Below are positions 20,861 through 29,573 of a stretch of 64,000 nt of DNA, piece after piece. Source of the stretch: a virus; the IMG/VR virus record IMGVR_UViG_3300027801_002517, positions 93,370 through 157,369 of that record. One strand, 5' to 3'. The notes below the pieces were generated by a model. The model saw only the letters and a list, made by a program, of their open reading frames with translations, was not told the origin of the DNA and did not search any database. The translations under genes and the position numbers were made by a program. Position 1 is the stretch's first letter. Each line of letters begins with the position of its first letter.

Positions 20861-21488
20861 TTTATAATGATCCAAAAGGTGATCAATAAACTACATCTAT
20901 CCAATGTATTATAGCTGCCTATTCACAAGAGTGATGGATTTATTGGTTTTTTCTGTGGTTTTCTTTTTTAATATTTTAATTGTGGGTTTTTCTCCCAATA
21001 GTGAGAATAATAGAAAACATTTCTGGGGATTATTACCCAATATAGTTATACGTTTTATGGTTATTGTATGTCAAGGCTATCTTATCCTAAATATGCACTT
21101 TATCAATGAAAACAAAGCCCTAATAATACTACTAATATAATGACTAATACAAGGATTACTGTTGACATGAGGATTTTTTAAGTTGTGATAAGTTTATAAT
21201 TTCAACCACGACCCCATACAGCAAGCCAAAACCCAGTAAAAACATTGGTGGAATTGATATTTCGGCCTCACTCGACGCGGTCGAACCGTGTGCATGTGCG
21301 GCCCAAATACGGCCTCTAGACGGCTGATTCTGGTGATTCATAAGACTCAAAAATGGGGCAAAAGTGTTTTTTTTTACGGGGAAACACTTCAACATTCTCG
21401 AAAAAGCCAGTGTTTTTGTCATTTTTGGGAAATCGCTATATGAGACGATTAGCTGAGACACGGCCCAAATGAGGCGAAATGGCCCTTT

Positions 21489-21742
21489 TCGCTGACTATA
21501 CGTTATCGGGCGATGCTTATAGATTGACTGGGACATCACCCCCTTTTCGCTGACTGTCAAACAACTGGCGAGTATGATAGATTGGGCTTGACACAGCAAT
21601 GTAAAAATGCTATAATTCAAATAGTCCCAAATCTCGCTGACTGTTGAACACCTGGCGATGCTATAGGATCAGATGGGACAAATGGTCCAGTTTTCGCTGA
21701 CTGTCTAACAAGTGGCGATGCCCGAGGATCGGGCGGGACAAA
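21489..21742. repeat. Four degenerate repeats of about 50 bp, TCGCTGACT-N11-GGCGA...GAT-N5-(G)GGACA
   Basis: Copies start at 21489, 21547, 21634, 21694. Confidence 0.8.
21588..21616 (+). promoter_or_regulatory. Perfect sigma70 promoter, antisense to the region
   Basis: TTGACA-N17-TATAAT with TG extended -10. Confidence 0.75.
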
Positions 21743-21747
21743 CGAAA

Positions 21748-21820
21748 TGGGTCCAGTAGGACTCGAACCTACAACCAACGAATTATGAGTTCGCTGCTCT
21801 AACCATTGAGCTATGGACCC
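21748..21820 (-). tRNA. tRNA with CAT anticodon (probably Ile2/lysidine type, possibly elongator Met)
   Basis: GGGTCCA/TGGACCC acceptor; GCGAA-CTCATAA-TTCGT; no initiator features. Confidence 0.88.
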
Positions 21821-21829
21821 CAACCTGAA

Positions 21830-21904
21830 TGACCCTAGCGGGATTTGAACCCGCGTTGCTGGAATGAAAATCCAGTGTCCTAGACCTAACTAGACGATAG
21901 GGCC
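21830..21904 (-). tRNA. tRNA-Glu(TTC)
   Basis: CTGGA-TTTTCAT-TCCAG anticodon arm; GGTTCAAATCC. Confidence 0.92.
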
Positions 21905-21910
21905 GCATAA

Positions 21911-21984
<74 letters not shown>

Positions 21985-22028
21985 CGTGGCTTATTTGGTG
22001 ACCACCTCTTTTTCTAGCTGAACACCAT

Positions 22029-22552
22029 TCACCATCCCAACCAGTTAAGAATGTTCATCGCGAGGTAATTTCCATTACCGTCCGATTCCGCAATTATATC
22101 TTCTTCGTCTATGTCATACAACTCACCAGCCCCCAAAACTTCAACATTCTTGCGATGTGCTTCAAGTTCGGCAATTGCCTCGCCTTGTGATACTTCAGTT
22201 TCTTCGTCGATTTCGTCAAGTCTCATCTCAATTCTCCACAGGATAAGGGGGATTTTCAAACAACACTCTATCATTCTCTTTCTTCAATGTCTATTTCGAG
22301 ATAATCCCCGTCAAGGGAATCTCGTTGGGCATCGATCACATTATCAAGAATGTAATCCCCACGATCATCTTCGTCAAGTGCCAACCACTGTTTGCCGTCG
22401 ATAGTTTCCGGTCCTTCACTATCACCAATCTTGAAAAACAAAGTCTTGTCAGGATCTGCCACGACCCAACCAGAGAACTCAACCACAATGTTACTCATCT
22501 CAAAATCTCCAATAGGGGTAAAGGGATACTCCATTATATCATATATCGTCAA
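22029..22552 (-). other. Two small acidic hypothetical genes
   Basis: ORFs 22029..22274 and 22271..22552; probable true starts MRLDE and MSNIV after GGAG. Confidence 0.6.
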
Positions 22553-22601
22553 TAGAGCAAGCCCAACAGTACACTAATTAACAAGATAACACGAATTGAT
22601 G

Positions 22602-22679
22602 TAAGTCGTTTGGTGGTAAGGAGTTAGGGAAATCGGGGCGGGCCGCGTCGGCCCTAAGTCCTTTGGTGGCAAGGGTTTA
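22602..22679. repeat. Paired-palindrome element E1
   Basis: TAAGTCGTT-TGGTGGT-AAGGAGTTA, 28-bp GC linker, TAAGTCCTT-TGGTGGC-AAGGGTTTA. Confidence 0.92.
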
Positions 22680-22699
22680 GGTCAATTACTATTTTAAAG

Positions 22700-22740
22700 A
22701 AATAAGAAAACCCCGCCCGGCGAACGACAACCGGGCAGGG
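22700..22740 (-). terminator. Intrinsic terminator after the DUF932 gene
   Basis: CCCTGCCCGG-N10-CCGGGCGGGG-TTTTCTTATTT. Confidence 0.85.
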
Positions 22741-22755
22741 CACCCCTATTCTCAA

Positions 22756-23694
22756 CTATGCGATCAGTTCCAGAGCCAGTTTCTCAGCTTTGTGAACAGC
22801 CTGAGAATTCCCAGCTTTGAGAACCCTGTCGAAATCATTGTTGAATGACTTGCGTCGAGTTGCATCGTGCTGCTCGTATCCCTGCACGGCATTGTATGCA
22901 AGCCATGCGTTGGGATTCCGCAGGTCGAAATCGACGTTACTACGCCGCATCTCACCACTCAAACGCTTGAGAATCAATTCTGTACGATTCTTGTGAACCG
23001 TCACCGCACGTTTGCCAGCATCCTCGACAGGCTCTGGATAGATCTCATTCAAGAAATCTCGCATGTCAACTGTCTGTTGACTCATTTGCTTGATCATGGC
23101 AGTCAGATCGCACCACGATTCTTTGAGCATTGAGAATGCTCCGATCAGTTCATCCATTTGACCACGAAGACCAGAAGTGTGACGAATTGATCGAGAAAAC
23201 GACTCGACAGATTTCATCATTGACAGATTCAAACACATGTCACGGAAGAATCCAATCTCAGCTTTGAAGCCTCGACCATCATAACCACCGTTGACCATGA
23301 ATCGCGGGAAGATGTTGTCACCACCGGCAACATTGAACATATCACGACGATCCTCATTCGAAGGTGCAAATTGAACAAAATGACCATTGCGAAAGTGGCA
23401 ACGGACATTTGTATCACCGTCGAACGCTTCGGCAGCGGCTTCAGTGATTGCCAAAATGTCATCCGTATTGTGCGGAACATATCGGGCAGAAACTGATTTG
23501 CCAACACATTCGCTGTTGTCAGATCGGAACAATCCGAAATGAGGCGTTCGCATATTGTCGGGGCCGTACAGTGGAAACTTGTCAACCGAAAAGTTGAAAG
23601 TGTTCTGGACGGTTTCCAGTGCGGTGTCAGTTGTTAAAGTCGTCATTCTACGTTCTCCAAAAAAGGGGTTGTTTGCGACTCGTTGTCGCGTCAT
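22756..23694 (-). CDS. DUF932-family phage/plasmid protein
   Basis: FRSDN..CVG.VS.RY.P, NGGYDG, FRDMCLN, IRHT, WLAYNAVQGYEQH; probable start MTTLT at about 23646. Confidence 0.75.
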   Translation of the reverse strand: MTRQRVANNPFFGERRMTTLTTDTALETVQNTFNFSVDKFPLYGPDNMRTPHFGLFRSDNSECVGKSVSARYVPHNTDDILAITEAAAEAFDGDTNVRCHFRNGHFVQFAPSNEDRRDMFNVAGGDNIFPRFMVNGGYDGRGFKAEIGFFRDMCLNLSMMKSVESFSRSIRHTSGLRGQMDELIGAFSMLKESWCDLTAMIKQMSQQTVDMRDFLNEIYPEPVEDAGKRAVTVHKNRTELILKRLSGEMRRSNVDFDLRNPNAWLAYNAVQGYEQHDATRRKSFNNDFDRVLKAGNSQAVHKAEKLALELIA

Positions 23695-23700
23695 ACAGGT

Positions 23701-23729
23701 ATTATACCTTAATTATCGGCAGTTGTATA
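23701..23729 (-). promoter_or_regulatory. sigma70-type promoter with GCCGATAA in the spacer
   Basis: TATACA-N17-TATAAT. Confidence 0.7.
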
Positions 23730-23824
23730 GCTCAGCCTTAGTGATTAGGGCTTATTTCTCAAAGTTTTCCAAAGTATTTCGGCGGCAATCGGTAAAGATA
23801 GGGCAAGACATCCCAGAATCGTCG

Positions 23825-23902
23825 TAAGTCGTTGGTATCAAAGGAGTTACGACGCTCGCAGCCCGCCCCCGGCGTCCTAACCCCTTGCGGGGTAAGGACT
23901 TA
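23825..23902. repeat. Paired-palindrome element E2 (inverted relative to E1/E4/E5)
   Basis: TAAGTCGTT-GGTATCA-AAGGAGTTA, 28 bp, TAACCCCTT-GCGGGGT-AAGGACTTA. Confidence 0.92.
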
Positions 23903-23918
23903 CGGCGACGTTTTGCTG

Positions 23919-24191
23919 TCATTCCTCCCAGATTAAGTCATCGTCCGTAATTTCCCCATTCTCGTCATCCACCCCAAACAGAGTATCCCAACAATCCCCA
24001 CAAGTTCCCGAAATTAGTAATTCCCTCTCATCTTCAGTAAGATAATACAAAACATCCTGAATCAATTCACCCTCCTGCCATTCCTTGTAGTCCGATGGTT
24101 TTACCCGAATACTATGTGCATTCGAACATTTCCAACATTCTACTTTGACATTATCCATTGCATCACCTGTTTTATTCATTGTCAGAATCAT
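23919..24191 (-). CDS. Small Zn-finger hypothetical protein
   Basis: CWKC...LIQD...ERELLISGTCGDCWD. Confidence 0.65.
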   Translation of the reverse strand: MILTMNKTGDAMDNVKVECWKCSNAHSIRVKPSDYKEWQEGELIQDVLYYLTEDERELLISGTCGDCWDTLFGVDDENGEITDDDLIWEE

Positions 24192-24260
24192 TGTACTTTA
24201 CTCCAAAAATTACCACTGCGAACATAATAAAAATACACAAAAACAAATCACCGGCATTTT

Positions 24261-25031
24261 TCATGCGGTTTGTGCCTTCCCATAGCTAAACCTCTTTCCA
24301 TCTTTTTTGAGTTGCTTGATTGCGTCCGCTGCCTCAGATCCTTTCGGTTGAATGCCATGAATAATAAGGGCAAAATCATCATTTCCCCAAAACGGATTTG
24401 CTGCGTGTGTGTCATCGTGATCGACTTCCAAACCCAGCATATCGGCTTCCTCATAAGAGAACACTACTTTCGCAGATCGTAGACCATAGTCTACAATCAT
24501 ATCGTCACGGCGTCCACCATAACTTGCGGTAAGAATCAGATTATCGGGAATAATTTCCAGATTATCAACCCAATAAGGTAAAGACTTAGTATAAGCATAG
24601 AACAATCGGTCTGGATTCATGATTGCCGTTCTAATCCATGCTTCAAAGTATGCCGGGCTGAAGAAATCACCAGCAACGTGAATTCGGCAGATTCCCAGAT
24701 TCTTCGGCATCTGGTCACGAATAATCGAAACCATCTCACCAGCAGACTTACCACGCAAATTGTCAAAATTCTTCTTGCGAGAATTGTACACGTTCGTATA
24801 TGTGGCTTCCTGTGATGCACTGAAACAGCGAAATTCTGTTTTCTTGCCGTCCACAACTTTCCGCTTACCATCTACAATTTTTACCTTACTCAAACATTGT
24901 TCAGCAAACGGACACGAGTGACCAGACAATAGATCGAACGAATAAACTTTACGCTTATTCTCAAGATATACTTGCAGATCAGGATGATCGACCATTGCTT
25001 GCAATTTGTTGTTGGCTTTTGAGAATGACAT
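24261..25031 (-). CDS. Gp88-like phage protein
   Basis: GHSCP...C...CF, RIHVAGDFFS, FYAYTKS, NLILTAS motifs. Confidence 0.7.
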   Translation of the reverse strand: MSFSKANNKLQAMVDHPDLQVYLENKRKVYSFDLLSGHSCPFAEQCLSKVKIVDGKRKVVDGKKTEFRCFSASQEATYTNVYNSRKKNFDNLRGKSAGEMVSIIRDQMPKNLGICRIHVAGDFFSPAYFEAWIRTAIMNPDRLFYAYTKSLPYWVDNLEIIPDNLILTASYGGRRDDMIVDYGLRSAKVVFSYEEADMLGLEVDHDDTHAANPFWGNDDFALIIHGIQPKGSEAADAIKQLKKDGKRFSYGKAQTA

Positions 25032-25058
25032 AGTCGCTCCTCCAATAGGGGAAAAGTG

Positions 25059-25517
25059 TTACGCGGTGAATTGTACCACAACTTCGGAACCATAGCAATG
25101 GCCAATGGCCATATCCACGAATTTTGCACGTTCTATAGGTTCTCCGTTCGTATTTGCCAACACAAACGAATCGTATTTGTACGGGTTATAGGTGACTGGC
25201 TTGAAAGGTAGCGGCAACCGATTTTCCCACTGCTGTTTTGGATCACACCAAAAACCACGAACAAACGCATGAACATTCTTTTGAGCATTCTTCAACACTC
25301 GCAAACGTCCGGCTTGTGACACTATAAACTCAGCATCCTGCAAACAAATGTAATCTGTGTGAAATTGAACAATTCTGTTCTGCCGGATTGACCAGCAATC
25401 TTTGTGGAGATTTTTGTAAACTTCAATCGGTTTACTGAAATCCAGTTTGGTGCGACATAACTCAGCAAGTCTAGAATCCGTCTTATGAACATTAATACAA
25501 TGAGTTTTACGCGGCAT
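25059..25517 (-). CDS. Conserved-type hypothetical phage protein
   Basis: VYKNLHKDCWSIR, VSQAGR.RV...KNVHAFVRG, YNPYKYDSFV. Confidence 0.7.
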   Translation of the reverse strand: MPRKTHCINVHKTDSRLAELCRTKLDFSKPIEVYKNLHKDCWSIRQNRIVQFHTDYICLQDAEFIVSQAGRLRVLKNAQKNVHAFVRGFWCDPKQQWENRLPLPFKPVTYNPYKYDSFVLANTNGEPIERAKFVDMAIGHCYGSEVVVQFTA

Positions 25518-25549
25518 GGTCGTTCTCCGTTGAGGCTAAGATACTCCCC

Positions 25550-25578
25550 ATTATATCATATCGTCCATATGATGTCAA
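25550..25578 (-). promoter_or_regulatory. Perfect sigma70 promoter
   Basis: TTGACA-N17-TATAAT; GACGATA in the spacer. Confidence 0.85.
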
Positions 25579-25716
25579 GGACTTTAGTCAAAATTGGCTA
25601 ACTCGCTAACTCACTGGCTGTACTATAAAAACGCAACCCTTTAGGGTTAGATGGGACATCCCACACAATAGCAGGTGTGGTGCGAATGCCCAAGTTCTCA
25701 AAAATAACAATCGACG

Positions 25717-25794
25717 TAAGTGTATGGTATCAAAGGACTTACGACAAAACCGGCCCGCCCCGCCCGCCCTAACCCCTTACGGGGCAGGGACTTA
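25717..25794. repeat. Paired-palindrome element E3 (same orientation as E2)
   Basis: TAAGTGTAT-GGTATCA-AAGGACTTA, 28 bp, TAACCCCTT-ACGGGGC-AGGGACTTA. Confidence 0.92.
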
Positions 25795-25811
25795 CGGCGA
25801 CACAACACAAT

Positions 25812-27475
25812 TTACATGTCAACAATTTTCTTGGTCGAGAAACAGCGGGTGCCACCCCGAACCTCGTCAACGGTCAGATATGGACCATTCGGCCCCTTAC
25901 CCTTACCAACCACAACACCACTTACATTCCGAAGAATGTTAAACTTTCCATGTCGTGGATACATAAACTTTACAGTGCTACCAATTCGCTTGTGTGTCTT
26001 AATCATTAAACTTCTCTTTCTACGGTTTTAAAAGATACTTTAAACTCATTTCCTGCCTTCTTAATCATAACACCGTCGTGCAGGATTTTAACAACGGTGC
26101 CAATCTCTAGCTCAGTTCCTACTTTAATTATTGGTGTCTGATTCAAACTCACTCCTCATTAAAAATTGTGCTTGTTGTTCTTCCAATAACTCCATTGGAA
26201 TAAAGTCCGGAAACATTTTTACCGCCCAATTTGCAGCCTCTGAGTTATCGACGAATAACCTTTCATCAAATGAGTCGCAAGGTGGCTTTACAAGTATTTC
26301 ACTTCCCGTCGATGGTCGGATAAATTTGATATGTGTATACATTCTGTAACCTTAAAAGTATTGTGGCAAATCGCCTAACATCATAGTTTTCTTTGGTTGT
26401 TCTTTTATAATGATTGTTGGCCAAACGTAGTATGCTGGTCTGTGCATTCGGTATTGTGGAAAGTTAGTATAACCGCCGATCCAACTATAAAACACAGGCA
26501 CAGGTTGAACATAGATCTTTTCAGGTTCTGCTGATTCAGCAATTCCACCCATGATACAAAACAAAGCAATAGAAAGCAAGAGATTTTTCATGGTTCGCGG
26601 GTTTCTCTAATAATGTACAGGAATGCCACTAGTGGCAGAAGTGAAAGCAAAACGGTCATAATAATAATTATTCCTCATTTTCTTTTGCTTCAATCGCTTC
26701 CAAATCACTTTTCAGACTTTCCAACTCACGTTTCTTGTCGTTCTTGATTCGGTTCAGCAAACTATCAGCCAGAATCTGTTTGTCTGAAATTGACATAGGC
26801 ACGATGACTGTACTGCCGTCTTCACAACAAATCTCTAAGTTACTCCAACAAGTAATGTGCTTCACGTTTCCAACAGTGTACGTCGTTTCAATCTTCATCT
26901 TCTCAATCTCCAAAGTAAGGTTTGTGAGTGTGTATTGTAACACACTCAAAAGACAATGTCAAGTCTATTCCCAAAAGTTTCCAAGTTCAAATGAAAAACT
27001 AATCGAACCAAGAAAGACCCCCGAAGGGCGGGGTCTTAATTGTAACACATCCAATCTCAAAAGTCAAGTTCAGCGGCCATCAAATCCGCCAGATTGTCAA
27101 GTTCTTCCTGAAATTCTCTTTTCCGTCCGTCTTCCCATTCCTGCATGAATGCCATTTCTTCCATGTTGAAACAAAGTTGCTCGTTTGGGGTTTCTTCGCA
27201 CTGAATCTCATCAAAACTGTTCATCGTGTCAATCCTTCAAGTTGAAAAGTGTCTGAGTATTGTATCAGAACTCGCCTGATGTATCAAGCCCGATCTGTGT
27301 ATTTTTTCCAAACTTTCTTGATATATTTTTCAGAGCCGAAATGATGACATCCTACTGGCTCATCATTATGATTTATCCTGATGGCCCACTTTTTGCCGTA
27401 GTTGTAGAGTTTATAATCCCAGCCAGCGAGATGATCTGGAGCCGTTGCGACGATTTTGGTTGTGTTGTTTTTCAT
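25812..27475 (-). other. Cluster of small early-type genes with promoters at 26934-26962, 27039-27067, 27259-27287, 27482-27510
   Basis: TTGAC(A/T) or TTGATA-N17-TA(C/T)AAT; ORFs 25812..26006, 26124..26342, 26352..26591, 26588..26659, 26668..26949, 27284..27475. Confidence 0.65.
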
Positions 27476-27562
27476 AGTTGTATTATACTACTATTATCGT
27501 CCAAAGTCAATGCTGTTCATTACAAAAACACACAAATAATTAAAAGTTTTTAGATATTGACG

Positions 27563-27640
27563 TAAGTCGTTACTACCAAAGGACTTAGGAATTTTGGGGC
27601 CGGGCTTCCTCGCCGTAAGTCGTTTGATACCAAGGGTTTA
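27563..27640. repeat. Paired-palindrome element E4
   Basis: TAAGTCGTT-ACTACCA-AAGGACTTA, 28 bp, TAAGTCGTT-TGATACC-AAGGGTTTA. Confidence 0.92.
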
Positions 27641-27672
27641 CGTCAGCCGATCCGATTCCTTTAGGTGAGACA

Positions 27673-27786
27673 TTAGTGTAGGACAATTATTTCGAGAGCG
27701 ATTCCAGCCAGTGCGATTGTAGCACCAGTCAGGAAGAATCCAACCGCAACCGATACGGCAAATACTAGGTCAGGACTGTTTTTCAT
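27673..27786 (-). CDS. 37-aa single-TM peptide (not in ORF track)
   Basis: MKNSPDLVFAVSVAVGFFLTGATIALAGIALEIIVLH; AAGGA RBS. Confidence 0.6.
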   Translation of the reverse strand: MKNSPDLVFAVSVAVGFFLTGATIALAGIALEIIVLH

Positions 27787-27855
27787 TTTGTTTTTCCTTT
27801 GAGGGTGTGTGGGGTGCCATTGTTATCCTGTCTGGCTTCAGGTGTTGGTCGAATG

Positions 27856-28479
27856 CTATTCGCAACCGTATCGGTCACATTGTCGTTGTACCATGTCAGA
27901 GTATTTCTTGCGGCCTGCGACCCACTCGGGATCAGTACAACGCCAGCAACTAAACTCGTCATCGTAGGCGATTGCTTTAGCACCTTGCAGCCACATAAAA
28001 GCCAGCATTTCCCGAATGCTCAAGAAAACGCGGTTTCCGTCTTTGTTTGGGATTTCGCAGGAAAATCGGTCGTTCCAAGATACTCCAGCCATTGTTCTAC
28101 TTTCTGTTTTTCGTTCGTTGTTTGTGAGAGTGTATTGTACCAGATAAGAGGTGGAAAATGCAAGGTCAATTGCAGGCTAATTATAAACATGGTCAAGAGA
28201 ATCGGCGAATCCTGAGACTTCGTCGCCATCCTGATCGTTTCCGAAAAACTCGCCTGTAGTGGGATTGACTTCGTCAACGTGAATCCATCGGCCTTCGAAA
28301 ACCGCATCCTGTCCAGCTTCAATACCCCAGTTCGGTGTAACTTCTTCGTTGGCCGTTTCGGCCTTCTTCGCTGTCCAGCGTGCTTGGCGACGTGCCCATT
28401 TACGGGCGGTTGCTTCTTTGATTTTGATTGCTTGCTCTTGACTTGTCATCTTGTTTCCTTTTGTGTTGTTGTTTGTCAT
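27856..28479 (-). other. Two small early genes (27856..28092, 28177..28479) with promoters at about 28134-28163 and 28486-28514
   Basis: TACAAT -10 boxes, A/C-rich leaders, RBS. Confidence 0.6.
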
Positions 28480-28596
28480 ACGTGTATTGTACTATAATTA
28501 TCGACACACGTAAAGCCTGTCATCAGCATATGGGCGTTAATTTCCAAAGTATTCCAAAGTATTTATGGCATGGAATTTGCTTGCGGAAAATTGACA

Positions 28597-28674
28597 TAAC
28601 CCGTTGCTACCAAAGGACTTACGTCGCCGGGGGCGGGCCTTCCGTGTCGTAAGTCGTTACTGTGTAAGGGTTTA
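28597..28674. repeat. Paired-palindrome element E5
   Basis: TAACCCGTT-GCTACCA-AAGGACTTA, 28 bp, TAAGTCGTT-ACTGTGT-AAGGGTTTA. Confidence 0.92.
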
Positions 28675-28709
28675 CGTCGGCTTAGCTGATTCCTTTGGGT
28701 AGGACAGCT

Positions 28710-28796
28710 CTACCCTGTCGAGATAGTAGCGAAGATTATTGCAATTATTATTCCTGAGAATACAGCAATGGTTTCAATCCTGTTTTGCTTACTCAT
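28710..28796 (-). CDS. 28-aa single-TM peptide (not in ORF track)
   Basis: MSKQNRIETIAVFSGIIIAIIFATISTG, starting 3 nt after the upstream stop, GGAG RBS. Confidence 0.55.
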   Translation of the reverse strand: MSKQNRIETIAVFSGIIIAIIFATISTG

Positions 28797-28799
28797 ACC

Positions 28800-29459
28800 C
28801 TACTCCGCTGCTGTGCCGAATTGTTCACAGTAGCTGTCAAATGCTGCGAGGTATCCGGTGTCAACATTCTCAATGCTCTGGATTGGTTGAGCAGGATAAA
28901 AGGGATTGTAATTGAAAGTCTGATTGACAAAATCAATCTGATCTTCCCGAACACTTTGGTGATTCATTACCTGATCAGTGTCGAGATACTTAGCAATTAC
29001 GTTGAAGCGTTTCATGTTATTTCCTTTGGTGGTGTGTTGTGTGAGAGTGTATTCTACAGTTCAAAGCAGCGAATGTCAATCGCCTTGCCAAAAATCTTTG
29101 TGGTTTTTCGATGATGGTCGCGAGCGAAGATGATAGCGATTTCTTCATTCTCAGCAGAGATGATGCCTGATGTAGAAACTTCGCTGTTACCTGAAAGCGG
29201 TACGATTGTGAAAGAGTAGTGAAAGCGTTTCATTGTGTTGCCTTGTGTGTTGTTTGTTGTTTGTGATAGTGTATTGTACCATATGGTTCTGGTTGTTTCA
29301 ACCCTAATTCGTGTAGATTTCGTAAGTATTGCAGTTTTTGTGAGATTTCTTGTCTGATACGTTTACTGTGAGTTTGTGTGTTGGTTGGGGAAGAAACACA
29401 GGTTTGTCTGATGCATGTACTGTCAGTTTGTGTGTTGGTCGTGGTAGTGGATTGATCAT
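28800..29459 (-). other. Three tiny early genes (28800..29015, 29054..29233, 29304..29459), each with its own promoter
   Basis: Promoters 29051-29079 (TTGACA-N17-TAGAAT), 29273-29301 (TTGAAA-N17-TACAAT), 29503-29531 (TTGACA-N17-TATAAT). Confidence 0.7.
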
Positions 29460-29573
29460 TGTGTTTCCTTTGTTGTGTTGTCTTTGTCTTGTGTCTCTAA
29501 GTATTATATCGGCATCATTGCCGTTTGTCAATAGCTTTGCACAAGAAAATAAAAGATATTTCCCATATTGACC

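Noticed and set aside
21489-21742. CRISPR array
   Set aside because: Repeats are degenerate along their whole length, spacing is irregular (58, 87, 60) and no cas genes are seen.
21156-21823. ORFs 21156..21620 and 21617..21823
   Set aside because: They run through the repeat block and a tRNA and lack protein-like features; probably spurious.
25720-26031. Plus-strand ORFs starting in E3, and other plus-strand ORFs in 1-30 kb
   Set aside because: Antisense shadows of better-supported minus-strand genes or translations of the repeats.
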